A stretch of DNA of 64,000 nucleotides. Origin: Spirochaetia bacterium. Its GTDB lineage: Bacteria; Spirochaetota; Spirochaetia; UBA9216. The stretch's first letter is position 1; each line of letters starts with the position of its first letter. A program made the translations under genes and the position numbers. The notes under the pieces are model-generated. The model was not told where the DNA came from. It did no database searches and was given only the letters and a program-made list of their open reading frames with translations. This document shows, piece by piece, positions 38,803 through 48,563 of the stretch. Location of the stretch: contig CAXXYH010000001.1 of NCBI GenBank assembly GCA_963677925.2, positions 133,879 to 197,878 of the forward strand, in the 5' to 3' direction.

Positions 38803-40279
38803 ATTTCAGTGATTCTATTCGATGCAGCCCTTCTCTGTTTAAAACGAGTCTGTTATGGTACTGCTTTACTTCACCGTTGTTTGCGTTTTTCAGTCTTATC
38901 AAAAGGTGCAGATGATAGACTCTTGGCATTCTTTTTCTTTTAAGCTGTCCTGAGACTGCATGATAAAAAACTTGTGCAGGATCATCCATCTGATTGATCC
39001 ATCTGCTTAAATCAAGTCTTAAAATCTCGGTTACAGATTCCATTCTTCTGTGAAAGTTATGCGCTTTAACACCGTCAATGATTACATCATGCGTATACTG
39101 AATGACGTCTTCCGGAGGAAGTATGTGTCTGAAAGGATTACTGCTTTTATTGCGCTCTGACGTAATATCCTCAGAAAGCTTGTCGGAACTGGTAAACTTT
39201 ACAACTGCTCGTGAATGCCCGATTCGTTTTTCAGTTAAACTGTCCTTTAAAATATGCATCTGATCCGGGATAAGTCTTGGAACCAATCTGTTTAAAACAG
39301 CACGCAGACTTTCCTTTATTCTGTCTTTAAAGATATATGCTACAACTATCGCCATTGCCCATGCTGTTGTATTTTGAGCCAAAAGCTTGTTTGTAAGCAG
39401 TGTTGTGGTAACCGCAAAAGTCATGGCTACTGCAGCTGCTATTCCGGCAATAACCTGAGCGACTCTGGCTGGTGTATTGCTTTTTTCAACATTCAGATAC
39501 AGTGCCGACTGGGACCATTTCTTGAGAATGCTTTCCCGGTAAACTAGATCTTCACCGCTTGTTGACCTGCTGCCGGTAAGCACGGTTTTATAATGTCTTT
39601 TTTTTCTATATTGTTCTTCCTGATCGATAGCTGAAATAATTTCAGTTTTTATTTCCAACTTGATTTCAGTATCTCTGCAGATCCCCTCGATATATCCAAG
39701 TTCACGCTGAATATTTAGACTTATTGATTCATCACACCATTTAAAAAGATCTACATATTTTTTACTGTTCTCATCTGATTTAATTTCCTTTCGCAGATCC
39801 CTGAATTCCGAGGCAAGAAGTATAAGGTCATCTAACAGTATATTAATTTTCTTTTCTATCTCTGACGGTGATTCTTCTTTCTTTACAGCTTTCTGAATAT
39901 TTTCTCGAACTGTTCGAAGATAAACTCTAAGTGCACTGGTCAGTATTCTGAATTCATACTGCAGATTCTGGTATTTTACACTGTCTTCATCTTCAGAATC
40001 AGTTAACATTTTTCTAATTCTTGTAAGAGGGCTTCTGGGGTTGTCAGGATCAGTAAGTTCTTTTATTCCAAGTCTAGGTGTTGTATATCTGATAAGTACT
40101 TTAAGATCGTTCAGGAAAGATGAAATACCATATTTCTTCGTATCAACAGATAAGGACTTTGCCGAAAAGATATACATCTCAAGGGTATAGCGGTTCTTTG
40201 TTTTTTCAACAGGATAGATAATTTTAAATTCAGTTATAAACTGACCATGGGGTTTAAGAATAAGGCTGCAGTTCTGCAT
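38801..40279 (-). CDS. Hypothetical membrane protein (helical N-domain, two TMs, C-terminal beta domain)
   Basis: 492-aa ORF; TM hairpin IAGIAAAVAMTFAV / AMAIVVAYIFKDRIKE. No function assignable. Confidence 0.7.
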   Translation of the reverse strand: MQNCSLILKPHGQFITEFKIIYPVEKTKNRYTLEMYIFSAKSLSVDTKKYGISSFLNDLKVLIRYTTPRLGIKELTDPDNPRSPLTRIRKMLTDSEDEDSVKYQNLQYEFRILTSALRVYLRTVRENIQKAVKKEESPSEIEKKINILLDDLILLASEFRDLRKEIKSDENSKKYVDLFKWCDESISLNIQRELGYIEGICRDTEIKLEIKTEIISAIDQEEQYRKKRHYKTVLTGSRSTSGEDLVYRESILKKWSQSALYLNVEKSNTPARVAQVIAGIAAAVAMTFAVTTTLLTNKLLAQNTTAWAMAIVVAYIFKDRIKESLRAVLNRLVPRLIPDQMHILKDSLTEKRIGHSRAVVKFTSSDKLSEDITSERNKSSNPFRHILPPEDVIQYTHDVIIDGVKAHNFHRRMESVTEILRLDLSRWINQMDDPAQVFYHAVSGQLKRKRMPRVYHLHLLIRLKNANNGEVKQYHNRLVLNREGLHRIESLK

Positions 40280-40333
40280 AATTTAATTATAGACTGAAAC
40301 TGTTCAGTATTTCCATTGATCGACTGTTTTTAT

Positions 40334-40370
40334 AAAAAAATAGCTGATCCGGAATTATTCCTGATCAGCT
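40334..40370 (-). terminator. Terminator downstream of tRNA-Met
   Basis: AGCTGATC..GATCAGCT stem with an A7 run on the plus strand (U-tract on the minus strand). Confidence 0.7.
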
Positions 40371-40376
40371 GAATAT

Positions 40377-40449
40377 TAGTGGCGAAGGGACTTGAACCCC
40401 TGACCGTTCGGATATGAGCCGAATGCTCTACCAACTGAGCTACACCACC
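40377..40449 (-). tRNA. tRNA-Met (CAT), probably elongator; CCA not encoded
   Basis: Reverse complement GGTGGTGTAGCTCAGTTGGTAGAGCATTCGGCTCATATCCGAACGGTCAGGGGTTCAAGTCCCTTCGCCACTA folds as a cloverleaf with G1:U72 and anticodon CAT. It lacks the initiator features C1xA72 and the GGG/CCC anticodon stem; Ile2 is not formally excluded. Confidence 0.92.
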
Positions 40450-40475
40450 AAGTTGTACTCTTACCGAGCTACAGC

Positions 40476-40505
40476 AATATACCAGAGCTCACGCTTTTAT
40501 GTCAA
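40476..40505 (-). promoter_or_regulatory. Sigma70 promoter of tRNA-Met
   Basis: On the minus strand: TTGACA, 18-nt spacer, TATATT with an extended TG. Confidence 0.6.
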
Positions 40506-40515
40506 TAAGTTACGG

Positions 40516-43284
40516 CTATATAAGTTTTTCTTTTTTCGCCTCGGAAACAAGCCTTGCATTCCAGTAGTTTTTATTCATAAATTCCTGCCTTACCCCTGGA
40601 TCTTCGATTCGGCTTGATGTCTGCTGAAGGTATTTCAAAGCTTTACTCAAAAGAGTCAGCTTATCTATCAAATCAGAACTGTCTTTGCGATCCAGCAGTA
40701 TGGCATAGTAATAAAAATAAAGCCGGTTATAAGGATCATTTTCTGAGAGTTTCTGTTCACGTGTAAGACTGTATAGAAGTTCTGTCCCCTCTTCTTTTTT
40801 TCCGGACAGGCCCAGAAGATAGGCCTTTAGAGCCCTTATGTTATGAAATAGAACTCCGGTCCCTTCTTCAGATCGAAGCATTCTGCCCTCGGTCTGAACA
40901 TATCCGTTTTTCCATGATAGAAACTCAAGAGGCAGAAAGCCCAGGCTGAAGTACTCTGAATGCTGCAGCGCGCTGTCTGTATATTCAAGTGCTTTGCTCA
41001 GATTACCATTAAAAAACATGGCCTCTGCAAGAAAATATAGAGTCTCAGGGTCTTCTGGCAGAGATTTCAGCATGTTGATACCTCTGTATACTTTTCCCTG
41101 ATAAATACATGCCCTGGCTGTCCAGCTTAAAAACAGTTTTCTTCGGTTTTCGTCGTGAAATATTTCATTCTGCAGTAAACAGGATGATAACAGACGTTCA
41201 GCATCAAAATATCTTCCAAGCTCAAAGAATATTCTGCACTGAAAAAAACGGCAGGAAAAAAGCCAGTTCTCTTCTCCGGAAAGCATTGCAAGCTCTATAG
41301 CCTTATCATTGCTGTCGATGGCCAGTTTCAACTCACCACGCAGGTAATGACCTGCTGCAGTAAAAAGGTAGGCTTTCATAAGGCTGTAGTTATCACCAGT
41401 ACCGTAGAGTCTTTCTATGGCAAGATAAAGATATTCAGAAGATTCCAGGGTCTTGCCTTTACAAAGCATAATAAAGCCAAGTTCAATGAATGCTGTACCC
41501 TCAAGGCGCTGATGTCCCGTATCCTGCAGATAAATTAAAGCCTTTTTTACAGATTGCAGTGCATGAAAATAATCTGAAGAGGCATGGTAATAACGTGATA
41601 TCTCAAGGAGCAGTACTGCGTCATAATGATTTTCAGCATTCAAGGGTTCGGTAATCTGATTCATAGCAGCTGCAGCGCCTTCCCTGTCGCCTTTAATATG
41701 AGCAGCTCTCATCAAAAGTGATGCTCGAAGACCCGCTTTAAGATTCTGATTCTTTTCAACTGTTTCTATAACAAAATCAGTCTGTCCCCTGTCAAGCTCT
41801 CTGGTAAGACAGTCAAAAAATGCATTATTAACAGATTCAGAGCCGGTAAAAAGCGAAAGCCTTGTAGCTGAAAGACTGAAATCAATTATTTTACCGGAAT
41901 AAATCCCTTTATTGATAAAATCTGCAATGCTTGACTGAAGCTCCCTGATATCTGTTAATTCACTAATAAATTCATCTATCTCAGGTATCGGTACAGTATA
42001 GGGATATCGGCCGTCAAACAGTAAACCTTCTTCGGAAAGTGTTTTAAGACCATTGTGAATATCCTTAAGTTCGAATCCGTATTGACCTAGAAATTCTATC
42101 AGAATATCTGATGTAAATAATCCTTCACACCACTTGCAGATGCCGAGAAGTTTTTTATGAATGTATTTTAATGATGCAGATGACTGGAATCCGGCGGGAA
42201 TACCTTCGGAATTATCAGCATCAAGATTGAAAACTGCTGAATCAGAGAAAACTTCTGATATTCTTGTAGAATTTCCTTTAACAGTTATAATGATTGATAA
42301 TTCACAGCTTTTATCAGCGCATAGTGAGTTCAGTATTTCATAAAGATAAGCAAGTGCTTCAGAGCTGCAGTTTTCAGCACCTTCAATATAAACTATTGAT
42401 GGCTGATATCCATCCGGAACAGATTTTATTCTTGATTTTAAATAGAGTGTAAGGTAGCTTTTGAATAATTTTTCAGGATAATCAGAATTAATTGAGTGAC
42501 TTCCAAGATTACTCTGTTCCCATAATCTGAGCTCAACTCCGGATAAATTTTCCCCTGCTCTGCCGATAAAATCATTATCAACAGCTCTTAGAAGCGGCTT
42601 AACAGCACCGCGATCTCCGGGTACAAATACTGTATGGCTGACAAGGCATTGCTTATCCGGTCCGGATGCAGCCGATACAACAGCATCGGCTGTATGTTTT
42701 AATTTAAGACCGCTTGATGAACTGATAATGATAACCTGATTATTTCCGGAACATTCTTCTTCGGGTATGATCTTCTCAGTAATTTCTGTCACAGTACTGT
42801 TCTGTATATATATTCCTGTTCCCGGACGATCCGAATTGCCGGAAGCAATATTTCCTGTAATAAAAAAATAGCCGGAACCTTCACTGCTCTCTTCAAAGAG
42901 TCCGGTAGCACCGGCTGTTTCATTATCTGCAAGAAGTGAATAATCTACACTGTTTGCATAAAAGGACTGTTTAATATTATTAAGAAAAAGAGTCGAGTTC
43001 CGGTAATCGGTGTAATAAAGAATTCCTGAAAAAGCATGAAGGTTTTCGGCGTTCTCTGTAAGGGCTTCAAAAACTCTGGTTGATGATTCAGCAACCATCA
43101 TTGCATTACGCAGTTCAGATTCAATAATAAATAGAATAAATGGACCGTTTACTTCAACCGCTGTCGGCTGGGAATTATTCAGAATTCTTGATAACCTGCT
43201 TATAAGCTCTTCGGTGAAAACTGAGTCTATTTTGTAGTACTGCTGCAGTCCGCTTATCTCAACGGCCAGAATAAACCTTTTCAT
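40516..43284 (-). CDS. Large TPR protein with degenerate cyclase-like and P-loop-like N-terminal regions
   Basis: The C-terminal half has helical TPR-like repeats. The N-terminal ILAVEISG and central IIISSSSG..IVYIEGAE resemble eroded cyclase and STAND motifs. Confidence 0.6.
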   Translation of the reverse strand: MKRFILAVEISGLQQYYKIDSVFTEELISRLSRILNNSQPTAVEVNGPFILFIIESELRNAMMVAESSTRVFEALTENAENLHAFSGILYYTDYRNSTLFLNNIKQSFYANSVDYSLLADNETAGATGLFEESSEGSGYFFITGNIASGNSDRPGTGIYIQNSTVTEITEKIIPEEECSGNNQVIIISSSSGLKLKHTADAVVSAASGPDKQCLVSHTVFVPGDRGAVKPLLRAVDNDFIGRAGENLSGVELRLWEQSNLGSHSINSDYPEKLFKSYLTLYLKSRIKSVPDGYQPSIVYIEGAENCSSEALAYLYEILNSLCADKSCELSIIITVKGNSTRISEVFSDSAVFNLDADNSEGIPAGFQSSASLKYIHKKLLGICKWCEGLFTSDILIEFLGQYGFELKDIHNGLKTLSEEGLLFDGRYPYTVPIPEIDEFISELTDIRELQSSIADFINKGIYSGKIIDFSLSATRLSLFTGSESVNNAFFDCLTRELDRGQTDFVIETVEKNQNLKAGLRASLLMRAAHIKGDREGAAAAMNQITEPLNAENHYDAVLLLEISRYYHASSDYFHALQSVKKALIYLQDTGHQRLEGTAFIELGFIMLCKGKTLESSEYLYLAIERLYGTGDNYSLMKAYLFTAAGHYLRGELKLAIDSNDKAIELAMLSGEENWLFSCRFFQCRIFFELGRYFDAERLLSSCLLQNEIFHDENRRKLFLSWTARACIYQGKVYRGINMLKSLPEDPETLYFLAEAMFFNGNLSKALEYTDSALQHSEYFSLGFLPLEFLSWKNGYVQTEGRMLRSEEGTGVLFHNIRALKAYLLGLSGKKEEGTELLYSLTREQKLSENDPYNRLYFYYYAILLDRKDSSDLIDKLTLLSKALKYLQQTSSRIEDPGVRQEFMNKNYWNARLVSEAKKEKLI

Positions 43285-43303
43285 ATATTACTTTTCGGCA
43301 TAT

Positions 43304-44518
43304 TTATAGTTCCAGTGTAGGAGGCTTTGACCCGCCTTCCCACAGCACATTATCATTCTCTGTGAATACTCTGCCGTATACGTATTCAAACAGATATCTG
43401 AAATCTTCCGGACTGATACTCATGAACTGAACACCGTAAAAAGTTCGTCCACGGCTGTGAAATTTACGCATAACTCGGCTTGATACAATTACTTTACGCG
43501 GTCCGATAGTCAGCTGCATATCTATATCTGAATATAGATTAACAGCATCACTTAAATTCTCAGAATTATCAGTAAACAGAAGTCCCGATGCGCTTATATC
43601 AACAATCTGGCTGCTGAACTCTTCAGATACCGGCTTTCCATCGGAAAAATATCCGTTTTTGCCGAGTGTCCATGCAAGAACCTTTGAAAATTCAGAAACA
43701 TAATCGAGGGTCTCAACGGCTATTTTTTTATTCCGTGTGTTACTAAGGTAGATATAACCGGCAGTGTATTCATGGTATAGAATCGGTGTGTACAGTGCTG
43801 AATATACACCGGCTTTTTTCATTGAAGAAAAGATATCCTCAATTACTTCCGGTTCAAGATTATCCCTGTCCAGCAGTTCCATATCGGTCTCTGTTTCGGG
43901 TACTGATATACCTTCATAAATAGACTGTACAAAAAAAGATTTTCCGGTTTGAGCTATCAGTTTTTCCTCATAGCTTTCCGGTCTTTTTTCTCTGAACATT
44001 GTGATTTTATTATTATCACAATGCCCGGAAATGATACTTCTGAATTCTTCAATAAGGTTATTTATATTGCTTGTGTCGAATTTTTCAGTATATGTGTAAT
44101 CCTCAAGACGACTAAATTTCTCCGACTGAGGAAAATCAAGTTCAAATTTTATATTATCAATTAAAAATGACAGGTGAACATCCTTCGGAGGATCAACCCT
44201 TTCATATTTTCTCTGCAGATTTTTAAGGACTTTTTCCGGAAAGGTGATTTTCAGTTTTTCATCATTTCCTTTTATTATTACGGAATTAAAAGTCATCACA
44301 TGTCCGTAGTATGAAAAGAATACTCTGACAGGTTCATTTGCTTCAAATCCGTCAAGATCACGTTCCTTGGAGAAAAGTTCTATGTATTCTTCATTCTCGA
44401 AATTAAGTATGACTGCTTCAGCTTCTTTTTTATTTCCGTGCACATCAACAGGAAATTTATTATCATCGAGAGCCTTGATAATAAATTCCCTTTCAATACG
44501 ACTGATGATGTTTCCCAT
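43304..44518 (-). CDS. PilZ-domain c-di-GMP receptor (PilZN + split PilZ with a GAF-like insert)
   Basis: QRKYER (RxxxR) and DISASG (DxSxxG), separated by about 200 aa including LYTPILYHEYTAGYIYL; YGVQF. Confidence 0.85.
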   Translation of the reverse strand: MGNIISRIEREFIIKALDDNKFPVDVHGNKKEAEAVILNFENEEYIELFSKERDLDGFEANEPVRVFFSYYGHVMTFNSVIIKGNDEKLKITFPEKVLKNLQRKYERVDPPKDVHLSFLIDNIKFELDFPQSEKFSRLEDYTYTEKFDTSNINNLIEEFRSIISGHCDNNKITMFREKRPESYEEKLIAQTGKSFFVQSIYEGISVPETETDMELLDRDNLEPEVIEDIFSSMKKAGVYSALYTPILYHEYTAGYIYLSNTRNKKIAVETLDYVSEFSKVLAWTLGKNGYFSDGKPVSEEFSSQIVDISASGLLFTDNSENLSDAVNLYSDIDMQLTIGPRKVIVSSRVMRKFHSRGRTFYGVQFMSISPEDFRYLFEYVYGRVFTENDNVLWEGGSKPPTLEL

Positions 44519-44521
44519 TTT

Positions 44522-45232
44522 TTAAAACCTCTTTTTATTTATACCATATTCAACCGGTTCAAAGCTATCCGATTTTTCAGGAACAGCAGTTTGCGGCGGC
44601 TCTATCTGGAAATCGTATATTTTCCAGGTTTCCCTGTCCTCAAGATAAATTTCACCGTTTCTTGTGATATTTTCACCGAACAGCCTGAATGCGGCTGATA
44701 CAGGTGTAGAAGTGAAATCAGGATACCCTATTCTAAACCCGGTGTACCGGTCCGATATATCCGCATCGAGAGTGTTTACCTTGATAAACTCGGCCTTCTC
44801 CGGGATGAGCATTTCTGTAAATGATTCACCGGAAAGTACAGAATTAAGAAATATAGAGACTGTACGGTACACTGCTCTTTCATCTATATTTTCAGATTCT
44901 GAATAAAGAAGCTCGCCTATTTCATAATCTTCTGCGACAACAGGTTCGGGTACTTTTCCGAAATAAAGCAGAAAATCATTTCCTGCCGGATCTGATATTG
45001 ATGCGTTTTGTACACTGCTTTCAGATACTGAAGCTGTGGGTTGTGTATTTTCTTTTTTTTCAGCAGGGGCATCATCAGCCGGTGTATTTTTTCCGGTTAC
45101 AGAAGGTCTTTTTTCCTCTGTGTTTGAAGACCCGGCAGAGGATTCTGAATCAGTTTTTGTACAGCCGCTGAAAGCAATAAGCGAAATCAGAAAAGCTGCA
45201 AATAATTTACAGGTGGAAGTTTCAAAAGCCAT
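44522..45232 (-). CDS. Hypothetical lipoprotein
   Basis: Lipobox FSGC, a Ser/Glu/Pro-rich linker, and a C-terminal GEIYL..WKIYDF. Confidence 0.7.
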   Translation of the reverse strand: MAFETSTCKLFAAFLISLIAFSGCTKTDSESSAGSSNTEEKRPSVTGKNTPADDAPAEKKENTQPTASVSESSVQNASISDPAGNDFLLYFGKVPEPVVAEDYEIGELLYSESENIDERAVYRTVSIFLNSVLSGESFTEMLIPEKAEFIKVNTLDADISDRYTGFRIGYPDFTSTPVSAAFRLFGENITRNGEIYLEDRETWKIYDFQIEPPQTAVPEKSDSFEPVEYGINKKRF

Positions 45233-45340
45233 CAGTGCATCCCCGGGTTACTAAGGCAGTAACAATTTTATCTAATTATTTGTAATACCTAAAAATGGTG
45301 ATTTATGCAAGGCTGTAGCAGGCAATGAAGCCGGATCGAA

Positions 45341-45369
45341 TTGACTTGCTATTTCATGATCGTTATTAT
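45341..45369 (+). promoter_or_regulatory. Putative sigma70 promoter of the aconitase operon
   Basis: TTGACT, 17-nt spacer, TATTAT; SD AAGGAG before GTG 45400. Confidence 0.6.
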
Positions 45370-45399
45370 AGTACGAAATCAGGACAAAAGGAGTCAACT

Positions 45400-47331
45400 G
45401 TGGGACTTACACTTACAGAAAAGATACTAAAAGCCCATCTTATAGAAGGCGAACTTGAACAGGGAAAAGAGATTGGAATCAGAATTGACCAGACTCTTAC
45501 ACAGGATGCGACAGGAACCATGGTATATCTTCAATTTGAATCTATGGACATCCCCCGTATAAAGACAGAGCTTTCAGTATCTTATGTTGATCATAATACC
45601 CTACAGAATGATTTTAAAAATATGGACGACCATCGTTTTCTTCAGAGCGCAGCTGCCAAATATGGTCTGCACTTCTCAAGACCTGGAAACGGTATTTGCC
45701 ATCAGGTGCACCTTGAACGTTTCGGCGTTCCCGGAAAAACCCTGCTCGGGTCAGACTCGCATACACCGACAGACGGCGGACTCGGAGCTCTGGCAATCGG
45801 TGCCGGAGGGCTTGATATAGCTGTGGCAATGGCCGGAGGACCATTCTACCTCAAGACTCCAGAGGTAATCGGAGTGCACCTTACCGGAAAACTTCAGCCG
45901 ATGTGTTCTGCAAAGGATATAATTCTGACTGTTCTTCAGCATGAAACTGTAAAAGGCGGTGTTGGTAAGGTTTATGAATATTATGGAACCGGTGTAGCCA
46001 GCCTTACAGTTCCGGAGCGTTCAACAATTACCAATATGGGTGCTGAACTCGGTGCAACATCATCAATTTTTCCATCAGACGTAAGAACTAAGGAATTCCT
46101 TAAACTTCAGAATCGTGAAGAGGTCTGGACAGAACAGAAGGCTGATGATGATGCAGTTTATTCAAAGGTAATAGAAATCAATCTTGATGAAGTTGAACCT
46201 CTTATTGCACAGCCTCATATGCCTGATAATGTAGTAAAAGTTAAAGATGTTGCAGGAACGGTTCTCAACCAGGTTGCAATCGGTTCATGTACTAACTCTT
46301 CTATCAACGATCTTGGAATTGCTGCTGATATACTTGACGGCAAAACTGTTGCAGAAAATGTATCTCTCGGAATAGCTCCGGGTTCAAAACAGACCATTAA
46401 CAGCGCTCTTGAAGCAGGAATCATTAAAAAACTGATTAAAAGCGGTGCAAGAATGCTTGAGAGCGCCTGCGGTGCCTGTATCGGTATGGGTTTTGCTCCT
46501 GCCAGCGGTTCGGTAAGCCTTAGAACATTTAACCGAAACTTTAAGGGACGAAGCGGAACAGCAGATGCACTGGTTTATCTTGTTTCGCCCGAAACAGCCG
46601 CCGCTTCTGCGCTGACCGGTGTAATTACAGACCCAAGAGATATTAAAGGTATCGAAAGAAAAGACTACTCTTCATTTGTTGAAATTGATGACAATATGAT
46701 AATAAAGCCCTTTTCTGAAGCCGAGGCTGCAAAGGTTGAGATAGTAAGGGGTCCGAACATTCAGCCCTGTCCCAAGGCTCCGGTCCTGAATGAAAGCCTT
46801 GAAGCTGAAATACTCATAAAAACAGGTGATAATATTACAACCGATCATATAATGCCAGCAGGTGCCAAGGTTCTTCCTTTAAGATCAAATATTCCGGAAA
46901 TCTCAAAACATGTTTTTGCAGCCCTTGATCCTGAGTTTTATCTAAAGGCCCAGAAAGCAGGAACAGGAATAATTATCGGCGGAGAAAACTACGGTCAGGG
47001 TTCAAGCCGTGAGCATGCTGCGCTGGCTCCGATGTATCTTGGTGTAAGGGCTGTAATTGTTAAAAGCTTTGCAAGAATACATAAGGCTAACCTGATAAAT
47101 TTCGGTATTATTCCCTTTGTTTTCGAAAATCCTGATGATTATGAATCCATAAAACAGGGTGATAAAATTGTGATAAAAGATATAAGAAATCTTATCGGCA
47201 AAACCAATACTATCAGTGCTGAAAATACAACAACCGGCAAATCCTTTAATATTGTTCATGATCTGGATGAAAGACAGCTTGTGCTTATACTTGAAGGCGG
47301 ACTATTGAACTATACCAAGAGCCGAAGTTGA
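45400..47331 (+). CDS. Aconitate hydratase (short bacterial/anaerobe type)
   Basis: True start probably GTG 45400. TQDATG, YVDHN, GICHQVH, GSDSHT, IGSCTN, CGACIGMG, TFNRNF, ITTDHI, NYGQGSSREHAA. Confidence 0.93.
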   Translation: MGLTLTEKILKAHLIEGELEQGKEIGIRIDQTLTQDATGTMVYLQFESMDIPRIKTELSVSYVDHNTLQNDFKNMDDHRFLQSAAAKYGLHFSRPGNGICHQVHLERFGVPGKTLLGSDSHTPTDGGLGALAIGAGGLDIAVAMAGGPFYLKTPEVIGVHLTGKLQPMCSAKDIILTVLQHETVKGGVGKVYEYYGTGVASLTVPERSTITNMGAELGATSSIFPSDVRTKEFLKLQNREEVWTEQKADDDAVYSKVIEINLDEVEPLIAQPHMPDNVVKVKDVAGTVLNQVAIGSCTNSSINDLGIAADILDGKTVAENVSLGIAPGSKQTINSALEAGIIKKLIKSGARMLESACGACIGMGFAPASGSVSLRTFNRNFKGRSGTADALVYLVSPETAAASALTGVITDPRDIKGIERKDYSSFVEIDDNMIIKPFSEAEAAKVEIVRGPNIQPCPKAPVLNESLEAEILIKTGDNITTDHIMPAGAKVLPLRSNIPEISKHVFAALDPEFYLKAQKAGTGIIIGGENYGQGSSREHAALAPMYLGVRAVIVKSFARIHKANLINFGIIPFVFENPDDYESIKQGDKIVIKDIRNLIGKTNTISAENTTTGKSFNIVHDLDERQLVLILEGGLLNYTKSRS

Positions 47332-48563
47332 AAAGAGATATACTGGATTACCTGAACAATGAGTTCACTGAACCTGTCAGGGATCCTCTTTGGAAGAATA
47401 TATTCCTGTCGCCGGGAATTAAAAAACTGGTTAGTCTCGGACCGTTCCAGAGACTCGCGGGAATCCGACAGCTGGGGCCCGCATACCATGTTTATCCCGG
47501 TGCCACACATACCAGGCTGGCACACAGCCTGGGAGTTTTTCACCTTTCAAGAAGGCTGATAACCGTACTATTAAATGACCATGACTGTCCGGAGCTTTCT
47601 GCCGAGGGCGTTAATTCGTTTCTGTGCGCCGCCCTTCTTCATGATCTGGGACATTTTCCATATGCCCACTCTCTTAAGGAACTTCCGCTAAAAGAACATG
47701 AAGAGCTTACTGCAGAATTTATTCTTTCAGAACCTGTAAAAAGCTGCCTTTTAAACGATGTCGGAGCCGACCCGGTAAAAACGGCACAGATAGTCAACTT
47801 TAAGATGGATGCTCCCGATGCCGAAACAAGTTTTTTCAGAAATCTGCTTTCCGGGGTGCTTGATCCTGATAAGCTTGATTACCTGAACCGTGATGCATTC
47901 TTCTGCGGTGTTCCATACGGAATACAGGATACAGATTTTGTATTTTCCAAGATAAAACCGACAAATGAAGGTATTGCTATCAAAAGGCAGGGGATCTCCG
48001 CTATTGAGAATATTCTTTTTTCAAAATACCTTATGTACAGAACCATCTACTGGCATAAAACTGTAAGAATAGCTACAGCTATGATAAAAAAAGCTGTTAT
48101 CCGTGCTCTGCTTGACGGAAAAATCAAAGCTGAGGATCTATATGGCCTGAATGATGATGAGTTCTTTGCAAGGTTCAACGGCGACTTTTACCCTGTGATG
48201 AAGCTAATGGATATGGTTAATTCGAGGGAACTGTACAAATGTGTTTATGAAACTCCATTTGATACTGAGAATGAGCTTCATAATAAACTGTCTGATCTTG
48301 AGTTCAGGCTTGATTATGAACAGGAAAGTCTTGCATGCAACTGCTGTTCAGATATCATTATTGATATTCCTGAACCGATATCATTTGAAATTAATTTGAA
48401 AGTAATCGAGGATAGTGAATCAAGGCAGTACCGTGATTCCGAAACTGTTTTTTCCGCTCCGGTGGTCAACGGCTTCACCTCTTCATTGAGAAAAGTTCGA
48501 ATCTACGTTCCCCAGAAGGACACTGAAAACTTTAAAGATTCCGGAGACTTTATACTTAAATGA
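47328..48563 (+). CDS. HD-domain phosphohydrolase (SAMHD1/dNTPase-like)
   Basis: FQRL..IRQLG..YPGATHTRLAHSLG, LLHDLGH.PYAH, DPDKLDYLNRD, IYWHKTVR. Confidence 0.9.
   Translation: MKRDILDYLNNEFTEPVRDPLWKNIFLSPGIKKLVSLGPFQRLAGIRQLGPAYHVYPGATHTRLAHSLGVFHLSRRLITVLLNDHDCPELSAEGVNSFLCAALLHDLGHFPYAHSLKELPLKEHEELTAEFILSEPVKSCLLNDVGADPVKTAQIVNFKMDAPDAETSFFRNLLSGVLDPDKLDYLNRDAFFCGVPYGIQDTDFVFSKIKPTNEGIAIKRQGISAIENILFSKYLMYRTIYWHKTVRIATAMIKKAVIRALLDGKIKAEDLYGLNDDEFFARFNGDFYPVMKLMDMVNSRELYKCVYETPFDTENELHNKLSDLEFRLDYEQESLACNCCSDIIIDIPEPISFEINLKVIEDSESRQYRDSETVFSAPVVNGFTSSLRKVRIYVPQKDTENFKDSGDFILK

Noticed and set aside
40330-40520. tRNA as an integration site for a genomic island
   Set aside because: No integrase, transposase or repeat of the tRNA 3' end was seen in the window.
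40414-40617. 67-aa plus-strand ORF (MSRMLYQLSYTT...)
   Set aside because: It is the antisense read of tRNA-Met and its promoter, a typical spurious ORF.
45325-45399. 25-aa N-terminal extension of aconitase in the ORF track
   Set aside because: The promoter and SD lie inside it, and aconitase-like sequence begins at GTG 45400.
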